Shown in pieces: positions 62,085-64,000 of a stretch of 64,000 bases of DNA. The stretch is taken from positions 4,686,311-4,750,310 of the forward strand of contig NC_069002.1 in the NCBI RefSeq assembly GCF_001194135.2, read 5' to 3'. This DNA is from Octopus bimaculoides. Lineage: Eukaryota. The notes beneath the pieces are model-generated. The model was not told the origin of the DNA. It saw only the letters and a list, made by a program, of their open reading frames with translations, and made no database searches. Position 1 is the stretch's first letter; every line of letters starts with the position of its first letter. A program made the position numbers and the translations under genes.

Positions 62085-62180
62085 GTTTACTTTGTAAACA
62101 AATAATACATAAGCATTTTATAATGTTTTTTATTTCTTTTCTGGAAACTCACCGCGGACCACCACTTCGAGTAGCACTGT
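62085..62180. mobile_element. Right end of the same hAT MITE family
   Basis: ttatgtttactttgtaaacaaataatac...cggaccaccacttcgagtagcactg matches 9520-9672. Confidence 0.7.
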
Positions 62181-62269
62181 CTTAAAAGGTGGCCAAATCT
62201 CGTATCCCAAATGTTAAAACTATTACTTTACACTCATGAGCAAACTGCAGCCCGTTGGACTTTATGAAT

Positions 62270-62350
62270 GGCAGGTCGTGGTGCCACACAGTGAGACTGA
62301 ACCTGGAACTATGAGGCTGAGAAGCAAATTTCTGATCACACAACCACACC
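62270..62350 (-). mobile_element. SINE family A head inserted in the R4-like LINE
   Basis: gtgccacacagtgagactgaacctggaactatgaggctgagaagc. Confidence 0.65.
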
Positions 62351-62444
62351 TACACTCACATATACTTTTTCTTCTTCTTAGCCTGCCTGATGACGAACCA
62401 TGTCTCACGTGGCCCGCTTCTCGAAAAAGGTTGCCCATGTATTC

Positions 62445-62720
62445 TTTATTTAGCATTGTCTTTTTGAATGTAAACGGCTCTGACTTCCATATCAGCCAAA
62501 GCCTGCTGAACTATTTTGTCACTGGTTTTACCGGCGTCATCACCAACGTTCGCAACATTCTCTTCTCTTCCGAGATACTTGTAGCATTCGTCATTGGAGA
62601 CAGGGGAGATGTAGACACAGGCCATTGATATCCCATAGTCTTTGTCTGGTCAATAAGCTTTCCTCGACTGAATGAAAACCAAACATGAGCATTGATCCTC
62701 ACCAAACAGCATTCCATGTA
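62445..62720 (-). mobile_element. Upstream (RT C-terminal) part of the same R4/Dong-like LINE
   Basis: GMLFGEDQCSCL...RGKLI...INGL...NDECYKYLGREENV...IWKSE resembles RT domains 6-7 (GMxFGxDKC...YKYLG); same strand and correct order relative to 61415-61935. Confidence 0.7.
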
Positions 62721-62959
62721 CCATATACATTATTCTGAAAGAGAGAGAGAGAGAGAGATTCAGTGCCTAATACGCATATATCGCCGCCTCGGTGTGTGTG
62801 TGTGTAATGAATCCTTCTCATAGGAGTGAATGTGCTTGTGTATGTTTGCTGTGTAGAAGTGTGTATGTGTAGCTACTTATACGTGTGTTTGTGTGTCTAA
62901 TGACTTCAAGAATAACTACATATAGATACGTTACTCTACATGTTTGTACATTGTTTATA

Positions 62960-63004
<45 letters not shown>

Positions 63005-63339
63005 NNNNNNNNNNCTTTTTTTTTTTCATCTCTACATGAGTGTATGTGTGTGTATAAATGTCACACCATTCAACAACTGGCGTTTTAATAGAAAGACGAC
63101 ACCGAAATAGTTCGTGTTTTTATTTCTCTGTAGATTGTGTGCGCGCGCGCGTGTAGAGTTTATCTTTATATGTGTATATATTGATGTGTGTGTGTGTAGG
63201 GTTTGTGTAAGTCTGTGTGTATAGTCCTGCCCCCCCCCTTCCTTTACGTACAGTAAAATAAAAAAAATATTGAGCAAATAAATAAATAAATGAAACCAAA
63301 TAAACTAACATTAAGTCATGTAATAATAATTTCCTCTCA

Positions 63340-63770
63340 AGTTACTGGGGAGAAGAGGGAGAGAAAGAGAAATGATAATAGAGAGAAGGGGTGAGAGACT
63401 ATTCGGTAGGTAGAGAGCGTGGGAGAGGTGGTGACAGACAAGAGGAGAAGAGATGGTGGCAGCTTGAGAAGGGTAGAAATGTGGTAGAGAGAGATGGTAG
63501 GAGGAAGAGATTGCGTAGACAGGAGAGAGAGTAGTGGTGGGTAGACGGGAGAGACGATGGGTATATAGAAAGGAGGAAGAGACGGTGGTAGATAGAGAGG
63601 AGAGGGTTGATGATGTATACAGAGGGAGTAAGAGAGATGATGACAGATAGAAAAGGAGATGGTGCTGGTGGTGACGGTAGTTATAAGATAGAAGAGGAAG
63701 ATAGGGTAGATAACAGACAGGTAGATAGATAGATGGGGATGGCGAAAGATGATGTATATAACGTTAGGTT
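63340..63770. repeat. GA-rich purine low-complexity tract
   Basis: Degenerate gagag/gtaga units. Confidence 0.8.
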
Positions 63771-64000
63771 TGATGCGTTAGATAAAAGGAAGGATTACGC
63801 ACACGTGTGCATATGTATACACACACACACACAGGTATATTCATATATATATTACCCATACATGTGCGCGTACACACGTACATCCATGACTGAAAAAACC
63901 GTGGGTTTCTTTGATAGTTTCTGCAAGTTTACGTACGTTTTCTTATACCCTTCCTTGTCCTCCTCCCACCTCGCTCTGTCTCTCTCCTGCGCTCTCTTTT

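Overview
Repeat-dense, AT-rich eukaryotic genomic DNA with many N gaps, usually at microsatellites. The recurring tRNA-headed SINE families and the (TA)n/(CA)n/(GA)n/(ATT)n/(GAT)n load look like an octopus (coleoid cephalopod) genome; this is an inference from repeat recognition and was not checked against a database. Nearly every ORF in the supplied track is a microsatellite or gap artefact. The only host-gene sequence I can support is a plus-strand first coding exon at 51806-51887. It encodes a signal peptide (MVNWKSQLIFVLLLVLLFQVSRSENEG) followed by a phase-1 GTGAGT donor, has a probable 5'UTR exon upstream, and belongs to an unidentified gene whose next exon is not visible. The rest is intronic or intergenic: at least 5 SINE-like families, decayed LINE fragments (Penelope-like RT, two RTE 3' ends, an R4/Dong-like restriction-endonuclease LINE), many foldback/hAT/piggyBac-type MITEs, two tRNA pseudogenes lacking the 5' acceptor strand, several minimal hammerhead-ribozyme-like motifs, a 32-bp minisatellite and a ~200-bp tandem repeat. 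No prokaryotic system or CRISPR array is present, and I found no demonstrably new biological system. The best leads are the start-stop-rich 5'UTR of the signal-peptide gene, the covarying hammerhead-like motifs and a candidate recursive splice site. Repeat coordinates are approximate (about +/-20 nt) unless termini are quoted.
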